Part shown: in pieces, positions 1-13,278 of the stretch
Position numbering within the stretch: position 1 is the stretch's first letter
How the letters are laid out: every line of letters begins with the position of its first letter
NCBI RefSeq assembly: GCF_006345805.1
Contig: NC_042999.1
Span: 57,846,001-57,910,000, forward strand
Source of the DNA: Octopus sinensis
Taxonomy: Eukaryota
Reading direction: 5' to 3'
Length of the DNA: 64,000 bases
Notes under the pieces: model-generated
Database searches by the model: none
Told to the model about the DNA's origin: nothing
What the model saw: only the letters and a program-made list of their open reading frames with translations
Program-made: the position numbers and the translations under genes

Positions 1-570
1 ACAGACAAACAAACAAACAGAGAGCGCGTGGTTTATAGATGCTTGTGAAAAATGCGATGAACTACAGGTACTGTTTTAGCTTATTTTCACATCAGTACAT
101 TCGTTTTGCGTTTGTAGATACATTGACTGAAGTACTGCGATAAATTTTCATGGTTACGTTTAATAAACATACATTTAACCTAGCTGTGCAAATAGTATCC
201 ATGGAAACTTGGTCCGAATGTTTGCATCAAAGTGGAATCTGATGAAAGTATTAAACAGACCACTCGGCTACGTCGCCACAATTTATATTAAACCAAACCA
301 CCCCTCGCAAACATTACTGTTCTTTCGCAGTCCTTTTGTCTGAGAGGCTTTTTGGAAAAATTCTGTCAATATGTATTGTATTGATCGCATATATGTAAAA
401 TAAATATCAATCGCCGAAGATCTTTTTTAAATCAATAAATGATCAAAACTATTAGCTTTCAGTTTCGTTAGAAATACTCATACAGCTTTTGTCAGATTCA
501 ATGTTTGACTTACGAATATGCATACACATATACAGACAAATAAACAGACAGGCACACTGACTGACAGACG

Positions 571-699
<129 letters not shown>

Positions 700-918
700 G
701 CGGGTTATGCATACATATATATACATACAAGCATATAACATGCATAATATGAATTTATAAATTTATAGACAAAAGAGATACATCATATACACACACTCAC
801 ATACACACACACATATATATTTATATATATACATATTAACATATTTATACATATTAATATATATATATATATATATATAATATATATATATATATAGTAT
901 ATAATATAATATATATAG

Positions 919-957
<39 letters not shown>

Positions 958-974
958 CCACCACACACATATAG

Positions 975-2330
975 ATTGATTGATTGATTGATGATTCCAG
1001 TTTCAGCTCATGGCTGTGGCCATGCTGGGGCACCGCATTTGTGTTGCTACTGGGTTTCACTTCATGGAGGCTTTCTAGCAACTGCTATTTGGTGCATGAG
1101 AGAGTTCGATGCAGCTGCCCTCATCTGCCCCTCCTGCCGTGAAGTTGGTTCATCTGGGACACCTGACAGGAAGAGATCCAGCTCCATTTTTAAAGACATC
1201 GTATCCACCCATGCAGGTCTCTCAGGTTCATCGGGAGGATATGAAGAGCTGTGGGCCTCGGAAGCCCAGGCTATCACAGAATCTTGTCCTACATCTTGAT
1301 GGCAAGTTTGGAGTCCTAGCACCACGCAGTGGGCGCCCAGTTCTGGCGTTTGCGTAACTCTCGATGCAAAGTTCAGGACACTTCCCTCCAGGATCTTCCA
1401 GATGTATATTAGGCATATCTTTCCCGCCTACGCTCCAGGGAATATAATTTAATCTCTTGAGTCTTTCCCAGTAGCTTACATTCTGCATAGAGGCTATCTT
1501 CTTCGTGTAGCTTCGTTGATCGCCTCAAGTTCTGTGATCAACTTGACACTGGATGGTGACCATAGCTGAGAGCAATAGTCAAAGTGACTTAGGACAAGTG
1601 TCTTCCAGAGGACCATCATGGTTTCTTGTTCTCTTGTTCTAGGTTCTAAGAATCCATCCAGCCAGCCCCGTCTGCATTTCACTGTCAGTTTAGCAACATG
1701 TACGTGAAAGGTCGCGTCATCACTCATGTGAATACCCAGGTCCGCACTGATTGTGCCTCTGGGATTGCAATCCCTCCGGGTCAGGTATTCCTTGGGTATT
1801 GCATTCAGTTTTGCATGCTGATAGTATAAAGCTTGAAACTTTTCAGCATTGAACTGCATGCTATTTTTTCAGCCACTTGTATATTTCGTCCAGCTCATAT
1901 TGCAGGTGCCTAGTGTCTTCAGGGTTGATGTATTGCCTGTGAAAACTTTGTATCATTCTGCATAACGTGTGATCGTGGCTCTCCGCGTGGCTGAGGGCAT
2001 GTCTGAGAGGGCCATTATGAACAGTAGTGGTCCCAAAACAGTGCCCTGTGAAAACACCGCTCACTATTTGCGTGCTAATGGAAGTGGCCCCATTGGCTAC
2101 TACCACCTGACTTCTATTCTTCAGAAAGTCGTGAAGCCATTCTCCTAGTTTTCCAACTATGCCAAGATCACGCAGTTTGTGACATATCATTCCATGATCG
2201 ACTTTATCGAAGGCCTTTGCGAAGTCGAGATATATGACTTCCACATTTGAGTGGTTGAGCAGTTGTTTCAGCACCCAGTCACATAGTGCTGCAGGAGCTG
2301 AGTTAAGCAGCTTCTTCCTGGTCGGAAAAA

Positions 2331-2333
<3 letters not shown>
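975..2333 (-). mobile_element. 5'-truncated CR1-like LINE (RT domain, 3' UTR, (AATC)n tail), frameshifted
   Basis: Across frames the minus strand gives GF(R)PGRSCLTQLLQHY, VIYLDFAKAFDKVDH, G(V)xQGTVLGPLLF, YA(D)DTK (1952-1964, broken by +1 nt), LVLSHFDYCSQLWSP, YWERLKRL and LDLFLSGVPDEP. It ends in (GATT)n on + at about 974-991 and is truncated at the (TA)n starting at about 2333. Confidence 0.9.
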
Positions 2334-2395
<62 letters not shown>

Positions 2396-2809
2396 GTATA
2401 TGTATATATATATATTGCATGTATGTACTATGTGTGTGTATGTATACATGTGTATATATATATATATATATCTAAATGTATGCAATTATTCAGCTTTATT
2501 TCAAGATTTTTTTCAATAGAGAAAGAGCCGGTTTCTAATCTAGAACCAAGGCTCCTTCACTGGAATTTCAACACCATCAACAGAGTATGTATTACGTATG
2601 GATGCATGTATGTATGTATGTATGTATGTATGTATGTATGTATGTATGTATGTATGTATGTATGTATGTGTATGTGTATATGTGAACAGAGAGACAGAGA
2701 GACGCACAGACACACAGACACACCGACAGGTCGATCGATCCATAGATAGATAGAAAGATAGATAGACAGATAGATAGATAGATAGATACATACATACATA
2801 CATACATAA

Positions 2810-2839
<30 letters not shown>

Positions 2840-2840
<1 letters not shown>

Positions 2841-3406
2841 TGGGTTGTCCGGAAAGTTCGTGCCGATTTTTAAAGGAAAGAAAATGGTCAATAAATGGTC
2901 ATTACATTTTTAATCAACCAAATATGAACCATTTTGTTGCACAATGCATTTCCGTCTTTCCTTTAACTTGAAAATACCCTCTTCCCAGAATTGAGGTGGT
3001 TTCATGGCAAAGAATTCATCCGGGTATCATTTACGTCATCCACGGAATTGAATTTTTTACCATCAAGATTATCTGCAGAGACTGAAATAAGTGGAAATCC
3101 GAAGGAGCGATATCTGGTGAAATATGGAGGGTGAGGTAAACACATCCCAGCCGAGCTGCTGCTGCTGCAATTTTTGTCGGGTCCCAAAGCATCAAGTGCC
3201 GAAAATGAACTTTCTTATCTTCCATTTTAAAGGGTTACAGAATTAACACAGGTTATAGGAACATAAAACCTTCTTCCACGAAGATAGCTTAAACTGTGCT
3301 CTAAATGGAGGTGTAGTCAAATTCTGTTTTATGGACTCAACCATGTTCTAAAATAAGTCGAAAGGTAAGCTACTGTAAATCGGCCCGAACTTTCCAGACA
3401 ACCCAA
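2840..3406 (-). mobile_element. Internally deleted mariner element (567 bp)
   Basis: TA TSDs at 2838-39 and 3407-08. TIRs ttgggttgtccggaaagttcgtgccgattt / aaatcggcccgaactttccagacaacccaa. The N-terminus MEDKKVHFRHLMLW is joined to the C-terminal SPDIAPSDFHLF and NLDGKKFNSVDDV. Confidence 0.92.
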
Positions 3407-3659
3407 TACATACATACATAGAATTGTTTCTAGCATAAACACAAATTTTGTAATTTGGGTGAGTGGTTTAGTCGATAAAAATTGATATTTGTACTTGATT
3501 GATACTTTATAATATAGACCTCGAAAGAATGAAAAACGAAGTTAGCCTCAACAAAATTTGAACTCACAATGGAAGGAATAGGATAAAATATTGGTTTATA
3601 ATTTAGACACAAGGCCAGCAATTTTGAGGGGAGGGATTAGTCGTTACCATTGTTACCGT

Positions 3660-3893
3660 TACTTGACCGATGATGATGATGATGATGATGATGATGACGA
3701 TGATAGTGACGGTGAGGGTGATGGTGCTGCTCCTACTGCTGTAGTTGCTGCTGATGGCGATCATCATCATCATCATTATCACTATCAAATCATCATCGGC
3801 GTCGGTGTTGTCGTCGTCGTCGTCATCATCATCGCCGTCATCATTATCATCACCACCACCACCACCATCATCGCCGCCACCACCACCATCATC

Positions 3894-3927
<34 letters not shown>

Positions 3928-3940
3928 TCATCATCATACG
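3660..3940. repeat. Compound trinucleotide tract (GAT/GGT then CAT/CAC/GTC)
   Basis: Directly visible; it explains the poly-D/H/I/T ORFs. Confidence 0.9.
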
Positions 3941-4308
3941 AAGTCAAACAGTTTTATTTTAACTTTTGTTCTTCGTGTTCTACGACAAAATGACATCAGA
4001 ATGTTTGATAATCTACTTATTGACTGACTGTATATTTTAATAGCTAATTAAAGCATCTGCAGGGATATAAACCAGTTTGTATGCGGTCGAGATTACGCAG
4101 CATTCCCTATGTCCAGAGCACCATTCTGCTTTGAAGCTTAGAAAAATGTAGATAACTCCAGAGACATGTTCTGTACACTGTGTTTTCAATACGAGTATTT
4201 GTTTTTCTAGGTGCATGGGCGGGGAAATACTAATCTAATATTTGAATTACATGTTAATTAATCGTTCTCTCTTTCTAAAGTAATATTCATTCGTCTACCG
4301 ATATAATA

Positions 4309-4348
<40 letters not shown>

Positions 4349-4383
4349 TTTTATTTATATTATATATTTTATATATATATTTC

Positions 4384-4451
<68 letters not shown>

Positions 4452-4482
4452 ATTTATATATTGTATGTATGTATATATATAT

Positions 4483-4515
<33 letters not shown>

Positions 4516-4630
4516 ATATGTATATCACATATGTATGTATGTATGTATGTGTGTATTGTTGGTATATATGTATATATATATAATATATGTGTGGTGTGTG
4601 TGTGTATATATATAATATATGTGTGTGTTG

Positions 4631-4664
<34 letters not shown>

Positions 4665-5296
4665 TATATATATATATATATATTGATAGATAATTGATTA
4701 GATAGATAGATAGATATACAGACAGCCGATATAACATACACATGCACAACACACGTAGTACAGGCATACATACATGCATACATACATACATACATACATA
4801 CATACATACATACATACATACATACATAAATACATACATTACAGAGCCTCTCCATGGAGAAAGCTTTTTAAGTTTATCTCCCTCATTTTGTTTCCCTCAC
4901 TCTTTCCTCTCTCTCTCTCTCTCTCTCTCTCATTCACTCTCCATCTCTCATTCACTCTCACTCTCTTTCTCTGCTCCTGTATGTGTGCATATGTGCATGC
5001 GTGTGTGCGAGCGTGCGTGCATGTGTTTTAATGGGGTTATACCAGTACACTTTGACTATGAGGTCGTGTATTTTATTTTGTTTACTAGTAATTCCATCTC
5101 ATGCACATAAGACAGCGGAACATTGGAACATAGAATACTAGTGAGGTATGGTGGCGTCACAGGATGTGCTACTTCGCTAAACTTACTACTCTGGCATAAC
5201 TATAAACACACGAATTTCGAGCTATTCCCACACATAATACGGCTGCAGTCTGATCTAGTTTCTGAATGTGTATCATTTAATTTGAAAACATTACAT

Positions 5297-5562
5297 CTCT
5301 TTTACTCTTTTACTTGTTTCAGTCATTTGACTGCGGCCATGCTGGAGCACCGCCTTTAGTCGAGCAAATCGACCCCCAGGACTTATTTTTTGTAAGCCTA
5401 GTACTTATTCTATCGGTCTCTTTTGCCGAACCGCTAAGTTACGGGGACATAAACACACCAGCATCGGTTGTCAAGCGATGTTGGGGGACAAACACAGACA
5501 CACAAAACACACACACACACACAAACATATATATATATATATATATATGACTATGAGGTCGT

Positions 5563-5607
<45 letters not shown>

Positions 5608-5732
5608 TATATACGACGGGCTTCTTTTCAGTTTCCGTCTACCAAATCCACGCACAAGGCTTTGGTCGGGACTGAACCCGGAACCATGTGGTTGGTAAGC
5701 AAGCTACTTACCACACAGCCACCCCTGCGCCT
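5297..5732 (-). mobile_element. SINE family A (tRNA head + CORE-like box + internal microsatellite), with internal deletion
   Basis: Head aggcgcagg(a/g)gtggctgtgtggtaag, B-box-like ggttccgggttcagtcc, tail gcggtgctccagcatggccgcagtcaaatgactgaaacaagtaaaagag. Other copies carry the CORE-like gcaccttgggcaagtg. Resembles octopus OR-type SINEs (name from memory). Confidence 0.9.
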
Positions 5733-5939
5733 ATCCGGATACAGCAAGAACAGAACTGTTTATATACTAAGTTTACGATCTTTAATGCGTGTGTGACGCT
5801 GGTACATCCAGAATATTGGATATGACATTGTTTACTAAGTCTATTTTGAGGATACAAACTGCATATATTGGCGCTTTTTGTGAAAGCAGCTTCCGTTGCT
5901 TCAAAGCAACATGGTTACCGGCACTGGCAATATCCTTTC

Positions 5940-6960
5940 CACTGCGCGTAACTGTTTGAGATATTCCTCCATACTCATCGAACTCTTCAATCTCTACTTC
6001 CCATTAGAGTTATGTCCTGTTCTGTGAAAACACAAAAACACACAACAATGTGACCCATTCCAAAAAAAGGTAACTTTTTTTTAATCTGCCAAGTTACCCG
6101 ATTGCACTCACTGCCAATGTCTCAACGCCAATGATGACCGGCAGTGACAACGACGTCACTCAATACTTTAACGCTGTCTCGTTCTTTAATGATCACTGGT
6201 ATGGTTTCCATAAACATACATCTACAACAGAGCATTTCTCCTCTGCCCTTCACTCGCCTGGGAGAAATTTGGTAAAAGCAATGTTGTCACCCTCGACATC
6301 AGCAAAACTTTCGGCAGTCTGGCATGTAAATGCCCTATTGAAACTGCCCGTTTATAGACTCCAGCTGTCTCTCAGCACCTTAGATCGGTAGGAGCTATTA
6401 TAGGATGTGCTGATGCTCGTTCGTTATTCTCTCAACTCTTGCATACCCAGGGTTCGGTTTTATCCTCACTCTCTTCGTTCTATGCAACAAAGACTTACGC
6501 GCCATCACGTTCAACACCCACTCATACAGATGACACTACTCTTCATTTTTCACCTAGCTTTCCCCACCAGTGAACCATTTGCTCACAACCGAGATGCCAC
6601 ATACCAAAACACCAGCCTTCTTAATCGTTCCAAATGTTGGATTTCACTATCACCAAGGGTCTCTCCTGGCAAAAGCACAAACTCAAGAAAGCTAAAACCA
6701 CATCCCAATAACTGGCCCATCTCTTCAGAGCCACTTAAATATTTTAAGTCCCCAACAATTATTGACACTCTTCGAAGCTCAGATGAAACTTACAATGATA
6801 CAATGCTCTCAAACATGGAACCATGCTACTACTACTGTACACAGACATCTTTGACCATATCTGGAGCCACTCGAATAATTTGGCAAAAATACCAACTGAA
6901 TAATTGACATAAAATCACTCACAGACATGCTCCAACTTTTTTTCCACTGACGCACTGTCT
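5940..6960 (+). mobile_element. Heavily decayed CR1/L2-group LINE RT region
   Basis: Ordered motifs across frames: PIPKKGN, NLPSY-PIALT, NDHWYGFHKHTST, VVTLDISKTF, VWH, P(Q)GSVLS, SY(A)DDTTLHFS. Confidence 0.75.
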
Positions 6961-7002
6961 CCCTTCGCTGTCTTTTCAATCGCTTCTGTAATGTGTGTGT
7001 GT

Positions 7003-7053
<51 letters not shown>

Positions 7054-7794
7054 ACACAGGCCCTGTGCGTGTGCGGTGTGTTTTTGACACATACTCGTTA
7101 TTTTTTACGTGTTATCTCGTTAAGTTGTTTTATATACATTTTCGCTTTGAAATTAAATAATTCTATTTCACGGAGTCTTTTGTTAAACTTTGCACGAATA
7201 AATATTCTCATTATATTACTACTATAATAACACCTTTCTTAATTTTAATATTCGAAGTTAAATTACGACGGTCGAGTACATTTTCTGTGGATATTTACGC
7301 GCAGAGAGAAAGTAATCAAGTTTTACAGGTTTTGTGATGCACTCGTTAAAATTTTATTTCTACTTTGTGGCAGCACCTAAACGTAGAAAAAACAATAAAT
7401 TTTTTGTAATGTTTTATCTTCGTCTACGCATTAGGGTGCTTTGATTCTGCGTAATTTAATTACATATTCTTGCTTTCTTTACAGTAACTTTTTGTATCAT
7501 CCTTCTGTTTAAATTATTTAGCTTATATCAGAAACCCTTATATTTAAAACCGTGACCTCAGAGTTGACATCACACATTTCTGTTAGTTGATTTGCTTAAA
7601 CCCATTATATATTCTATTAACTGCCAATATTTTCCCTTCATTTGACAAGCTACTGTAAGCAAAACAATCATTACATTAATAAATAATACACATCAATATC
7701 ATTATCGTTTTACTTGTACTTTTTCCTTTTGTTATTATTTCATACTGGCTGTATGTCAGCATCTTGTCCCTTGTCCTTGCCCTTCAAGGCACAC

Positions 7795-8020
7795 ATCACA
7801 CCTAAAGCACCACGAGGCTCCGGCAAGGTGGTGCGATCCCTGTTGTACTCTTTCGCTCCAACTTTCTCTCACTCTTTCTTCCTGTTTCTTGTCCCCGACT
7901 TCCTACGCAACCGCTGAGCCTGGATGCGCATTCATCCATCTGTCGATGCTCTCGGTGTCGGGGGTTGACCTGCTTTCTCTTCTGCGGGTCTTACGAATAG
8001 CAAAGGACCACGTTTTGCCA
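7795..8020 (+). mobile_element. SINE family D body with a distinct 3' tail (tail X)
   Basis: acacctaaagcaccacgaggctccggca...ctttctctcactct matches 50549-50640, then diverges. Confidence 0.7.
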
Positions 8021-8334
8021 TCGATTCTACTTGAAATTCTCTCCGACTTAAGGTCAAGCTCTGAAAGAACCATTCAAAGACAAACTAAGTGTGAAGCAAG
8101 CGCAAAGTTACACTACCACTTCATTAAAACTCATGGAAGTATCGAGATTGGGCTCACAAAGCGATTCAATGATCTATAGAATGGTGTCTATAGATAAGTG
8201 AGATTTTTACACGGCACAAGCATACTTTCATTTCTAATTTCTGGGACATCTTATGAATAGCAACAACAATATTAACTCAAATTCTAATCTTATTTCTGCC
8301 AGCCTTGAAATACTTTAAAATTTTTATCTTGATT

Positions 8335-8545
8335 AAGGCGGCGAGCTAGCAGAATCGTTAAGCACGCCGGGCAAATTACTTAGCGGCATTTCGTCTGTCT
8401 TAATGCTCTGAGCTCAAATTCTGCTGAGGTCGACTTTGCCTTTCATCCTTTTGAGGTCTATAAAATAAGAACCAGTTGAGTACTGGGGTCGATGTAATCG
8501 ATTTGTCCCCTACTCCGAAATTGTTAGCCTTGTGTCAAAGTTCGA
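8335..8545 (+). mobile_element. SINE family B
   Basis: aaggcggcgagctagcagaatcgttaagcacgccggg...gaggtcgactttgcctttcatcc; many related copies in the window. Confidence 0.85.
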
Positions 8546-8759
8546 AACTAATCTTTTCTCTTGATTATAAGCAACAGCGGGAACACACACCCACAACATA
8601 AATACACACATATAGTAAGAACACACAGACAGCATAAATACATGACATATAGTGAGAACACGCAAGACAAATAATAAAAATATATATACTCAACCCATAT
8701 ACATATGTAACTACACAACATGAATATACTCAACACCAGTTGTCATATCGAGTCGAGTA

Positions 8760-9120
8760 CACACAAATCCCATCGACATTCTCTTTCGTGCTCTCCTGCC
8801 CACCATCATTTCCATAATACTTATTTTTCGAGGTTTGCGCCCCCCCCCCCCCGCCAACAACTGTTTCATATACGTTCGACAAGATCTGTTCCTATAGTAA
8901 TAAGTGACATACAATTTCATCTTTACTCCACCGACAGTAATCTCACAAACTTAATGGTTTCTGTTAATAGTGGCATATTTCCATATACCATTATACCGCT
9001 GTTCACTAAATGTTGCACCCAAGAAACGTTCTTCGCCATTCTTAACATCTTGGTGTATGTCCCATTTAGCCGACTTTCTATCGCTTTCGTACGTGTCCAG
9101 CATTCAGATTCATATATCAA
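8760..9120 (-). mobile_element. Decayed RTE-clade LINE 3' fragment
   Basis: YESECWTRTKAIESRLNGTYTKMLRMAKNVSW resembles the RTE C-terminal LLYGxExW...LDGxYTRMLR motif. Confidence 0.7.
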
Positions 9121-9899
9121 TATGCTTTATAAGGATGTGTGCTTACACGTGATTGAGGAATAATAAACCTAAAGGATTTAAAAAATTCTAAAGTTGAAAA
9201 CAAGGCTCCAGTGGCGGAAGCGGTTTAATCGCTAATCGATGGTAAATGATAACTGACTCTGTTAACTACCATGGCATGGATTAAACATTTTAGTAAGTTG
9301 AACATTGCGTAACTTTCAAGACTTACCACCGTTTATCATTATCAAGCAACAAAGAGAATTTAAATGGCTATTTCTCCAAAATTGAAGCAACACCTCATCG
9401 CTAATCGCGTGAGTAATCAAGGGGCGCTTTCTTTGGTAGGCTGGACTGAAACAAAACTCTACTGGCTAGAAGCTTTTAAAACGTAAAAAGAACTTGCGGC
9501 TTTTGACCTTTAACACTCAGAGCCTAAATTCGACCGGAATTTGACCGGAGAACAAGGCTTTGAGATTAATCTACATACAGGAACATAGTATCTGCCATGA
9601 AGACGTTCTCGCTCGTCATGAAAAATGGGGAAAGGGTGGATGCTTCAATGAAGTCCAGTGAAAACAGCCGAAAACAATTCAACCATCAGAGTTGTAGTGC
9701 TACTCTTAAGTCCAAAGTCCAATAAATATTTGAACACAATCGGAAAAATTGAATCCCTGAATATTGGATATAGTTAGGATTCCCCTTAAATGAAGGTTCA
9801 GCATTTCATCAATGTACCCATAGAAATGACAAATATTTCCCAGAATAGAGTGTGAAATGGCCAATCTGAATGTACAAGTAACACTAGAGCACTACTAGA

Positions 9900-10560
9900 T
9901 CATGTTCTTATCAACAAAATGAGAAAACAGTACTATGAACTGCGAAGCTTACAGTATATATTTTTCTGTCAATTCTGGACGTTGAATTGTTTCCCGAAAG
10001 TTCAGGCTGAGCTTGAGAGAAAATAAGAACTTAAGTAAAAAATAATAAATAACAAAAATAGAGTACATTCTGACTAGAAGACACCACGATGCAGTTGTGA
10101 GAAATTCATATATCATTGATATGAAAAATCGCTTCAGAGTATTACAAATTTTAGATGATGTCAAAAAATGTCAATTCTATTTATAATAAATAGAATAAAG
10201 TCATCAATGCACATAAAAATGCAGCAGAAACAAATATTTCGAAAACAGCCAGGTAAAAAGCAACAGTTTCCTACGAGAAAACAAAGAGATAATTGGGGAA
10301 TGAGAACTGAAGAAAAGATATAAAACTACATCTAAAATAAGTAAACTCACGAGAGTTCATAAAGCGATATTGGAAATGTGAAACAGTAACTAGATGAAAC
10401 CTTTAAACAAGGACCTGAAGCTTACATTCGGAATGAAAGACACAATCTAAATTGCTTTATAAAACCAACGACTTTCTCTCTTATGGATAACTTGTGAGTA
10501 AAAAAAGGCAGGGAGAAAAGAAAACTAAACGAGAAAATCTAAAAAGTACACAGCATCTAC
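9900..10560 (+). mobile_element. Possible decayed RTE-like LINE (endonuclease-RT linker)
   Basis: MKNRFRVLQ and NAHKNAAETNI resemble RTE linker motifs; many stops. Confidence 0.35.
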
Positions 10561-10574
10561 AATATGAATATTCT

Positions 10575-10987
10575 CTCTTTTACTCTTTTACTTGTTTCAG
10601 TCATTCGACTGCGGACATGCTGGAGCACCGCCTTTAGTGGAGCACATCGACCCCAGAACTTATTCTTTGTAAGCCTAGTACTTATTCTATCGGTCTCTTT
10701 TGCCGAACCGCTAAGTTACGGGGACGTAAACACACCAGCATCGGTTGGCAAACGATGTTGGTGGGGACAAACACAGACACACAAACACACACACACACAC
10801 ACACATATACATATACATATATACGATGGGCTTCTTTCAGTTTCTGTCTACCAAATCCACTCACAAGGCTTTGGTCGGCCCGAGGCGATAGAAGAAGGCA
10901 CATGCCCAAGGTGCCACGCAGTGGGATTGAACCCGGAACCATGTGGTTGGTAAGCAAGCTACTTACTACATAGCCACTCCTGCGCCT
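10575..10987 (-). mobile_element. SINE family A, full length
   Basis: Head, CORE-like box, internal (CA)n/(TA)n and tail all present. Confidence 0.92.
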
Positions 10988-11083
10988 AACACTTGCAACA
11001 TGAATACAAATACTCTCACAAACTACATGAATACAAATAATATAAACACACTCAACATAAACATGAATACGTGCAATCATTGT

Positions 11084-11430
11084 TACCCTGCGTGCATAAG
11101 CGAAAGCGGGGCATTGTAGGCGTTCATCTTTGTCTGTGTGTTTGCAAAATTACTAGAAAACGGCTGAACTGATTTTCACCAAATTTGGCAGAAATACTCA
11201 ATGGGTGGGTGGCTCGAACTCACTAAATTTTGGTTTGATTATCTTCAAAACTGACGGACGGGTGAATCAAAATGTATTTTTTTCTTTGTTACGTATGCGT
11301 AAATGATAATTAAATGATAAACTCTTGGTATAATTTTGTTGAAATATGAATTCGTCTGAGAATTTATTTATTAAATTAAATTCCGTTTTATCCTTGTGTG
11401 CACGCAGGGTAGGCATCGTCCCTCCGATAC
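11084..11430 (+). mobile_element. Helentron-associated (HINE/DINE-1-like) non-autonomous element
   Basis: Exact 13-bp subterminal inverted repeat taccctgcgtgca (11084-96) / tgcacgcagggta (11399-411), followed by a 3' hairpin (gcatcg-tccctc-cgatac); gtctgtgtgt and aaacggctgaactgattttcaccaaatttgg near the 5' end. Confidence 0.7.
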
Positions 11431-12091
11431 TCCTTTTCTCCTTTTTCATTTTATCTTGTTTTTGCTATTTTTAATACATTTTTTATAGCTGCATGGTCAA
11501 ATTTGCTTTGCAACAGCATGGTTTCGGGTTCAGTCCGACTGGCAACACAATGCTAGAGTTACGAGCTGCTAGAGTTACGAGCTGACACAGTTACGAGTCT
11601 TACAAAGAGAATTAGTTGATGGAGCGCGAGCGTGTGTGTGCGCAAGCGTGTGCATGCATGTGTGCAAATGTTGTCTTCATGGCTCTACTTGATACATCCG
11701 GAACGAAATATTGATATGATATTTTCATTTTGTGCTGACATTATGGCTGGTCGTTCTGCATATTTTAAAGAGAAGTAAAATAAAAAAAATTACGTGACTT
11801 GATGGTAGAGGATGGTGACAGAAAGAGTATTCAGTAATATGAACATTACAGTTACTTAAAGTCACGTCCAACTCATGCTAGAATGAGAAAATTAAATGAA
11901 CGAATGTGTGTTTGAGTGTGTATGTGTGCACACACGCGCGTATGTATATATGCATCGGGATGCGTATATACATACACATATATATGTGTGCATATATGCA
12001 TACATATAAATGTATGTGTATACAATTGTACACATATTTGTGTGTGTGTATATATACATTGTATAGTGTGTGAATATATATATCGTATATG

Positions 12092-12186
<95 letters not shown>

Positions 12187-12190
<4 letters not shown>

Positions 12191-13278
12191 ACGAGGGGAC
12201 CTCCGATTCGAACTGTTACGGAATCCCTCACACAGGCCCGTTCGATGTAGCGAATGTTTTCGCCACGGAAACTCGTCGGAGAGGAGAGAGAGATACAACA
12301 ACAACAACAGCAGCAGCACGAAGAGATACAGAGGCAACCGAGAGAGACACAAAGAGGCAAGGCAGCTGGCTTACATTTAACAACTAGTTTATATGACAAT
12401 CAATTGTTACAACATCAATTACATATCAAGATACATCAAAGCATTTAAACATGCAAGTAACAACATATCAAATACAATACATCATACAGGTATACCACAG
12501 ACCAAAGCATTTAAACGTGCAGAAACAATATAACAGTCCGGTAACAACACATCAAGTTCAATAACAACAGCAATTAAAGAGTACACGTCCGGAGACACAG
12601 TTCTGTTTCAAAACACATTAAAGGCATATACAGTTCAAAGGACATTACAGGCCTAACAGTTCAATGTTCATTATACAATGTTCAAATCACAACACTGTAC
12701 ACAATGTCCTTACACATTTCACATTGTTCTTTTCAATCCCTTTTTACTGTCTCATTTCTTTTCACTGTTCAATACATCGATTCTTTTTTCCTTCTTTTTC
12801 TTCACATATCAATACACAATTCACGTACCTTACATTAGCCAACGCCTCATATTGTACTTCCTATCTCTCAGTACCGCTAGCTCCAACTTGCCAAACTCTT
12901 GCCCCGAATTCCCAAATCCTCGCTCCTAAAATCCCAACCGCTCGCTTTGACGACCAAATACCGACTCTGAAAACCTCTTGCTCTCTCACCACCCTCAATC
13001 TCCCCTAGCACTGCTAATATTTTCTCTATTACCGCTTGGCCCTATCTGCCTATCTTTATCGACGCTGTCACTGTCATCCTCTCTCCTAGTTCTCAGATTC
13101 CTAACTCTGTCTTTCTCACTACTTTCTTCTTCCTCTTCTTCAAGTTGTGTTTAGAACGAACTTCAGTTCACCCGAAAGGGGTCGCAGGTCTACCCAGAAC
13201 CGATCAATCCACCTGAATCTGACAGGACAATGGGTTTATCCCAAAGTAGGTCACAGCTAACTGTCCTTAAGTTGAACC

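Noticed and set aside
3591-3993. Poly-D/H/P/S ORFs resembling an extensin or acidic protein
   Set aside because: Compound trinucleotide repeat; several frames on both strands are open.
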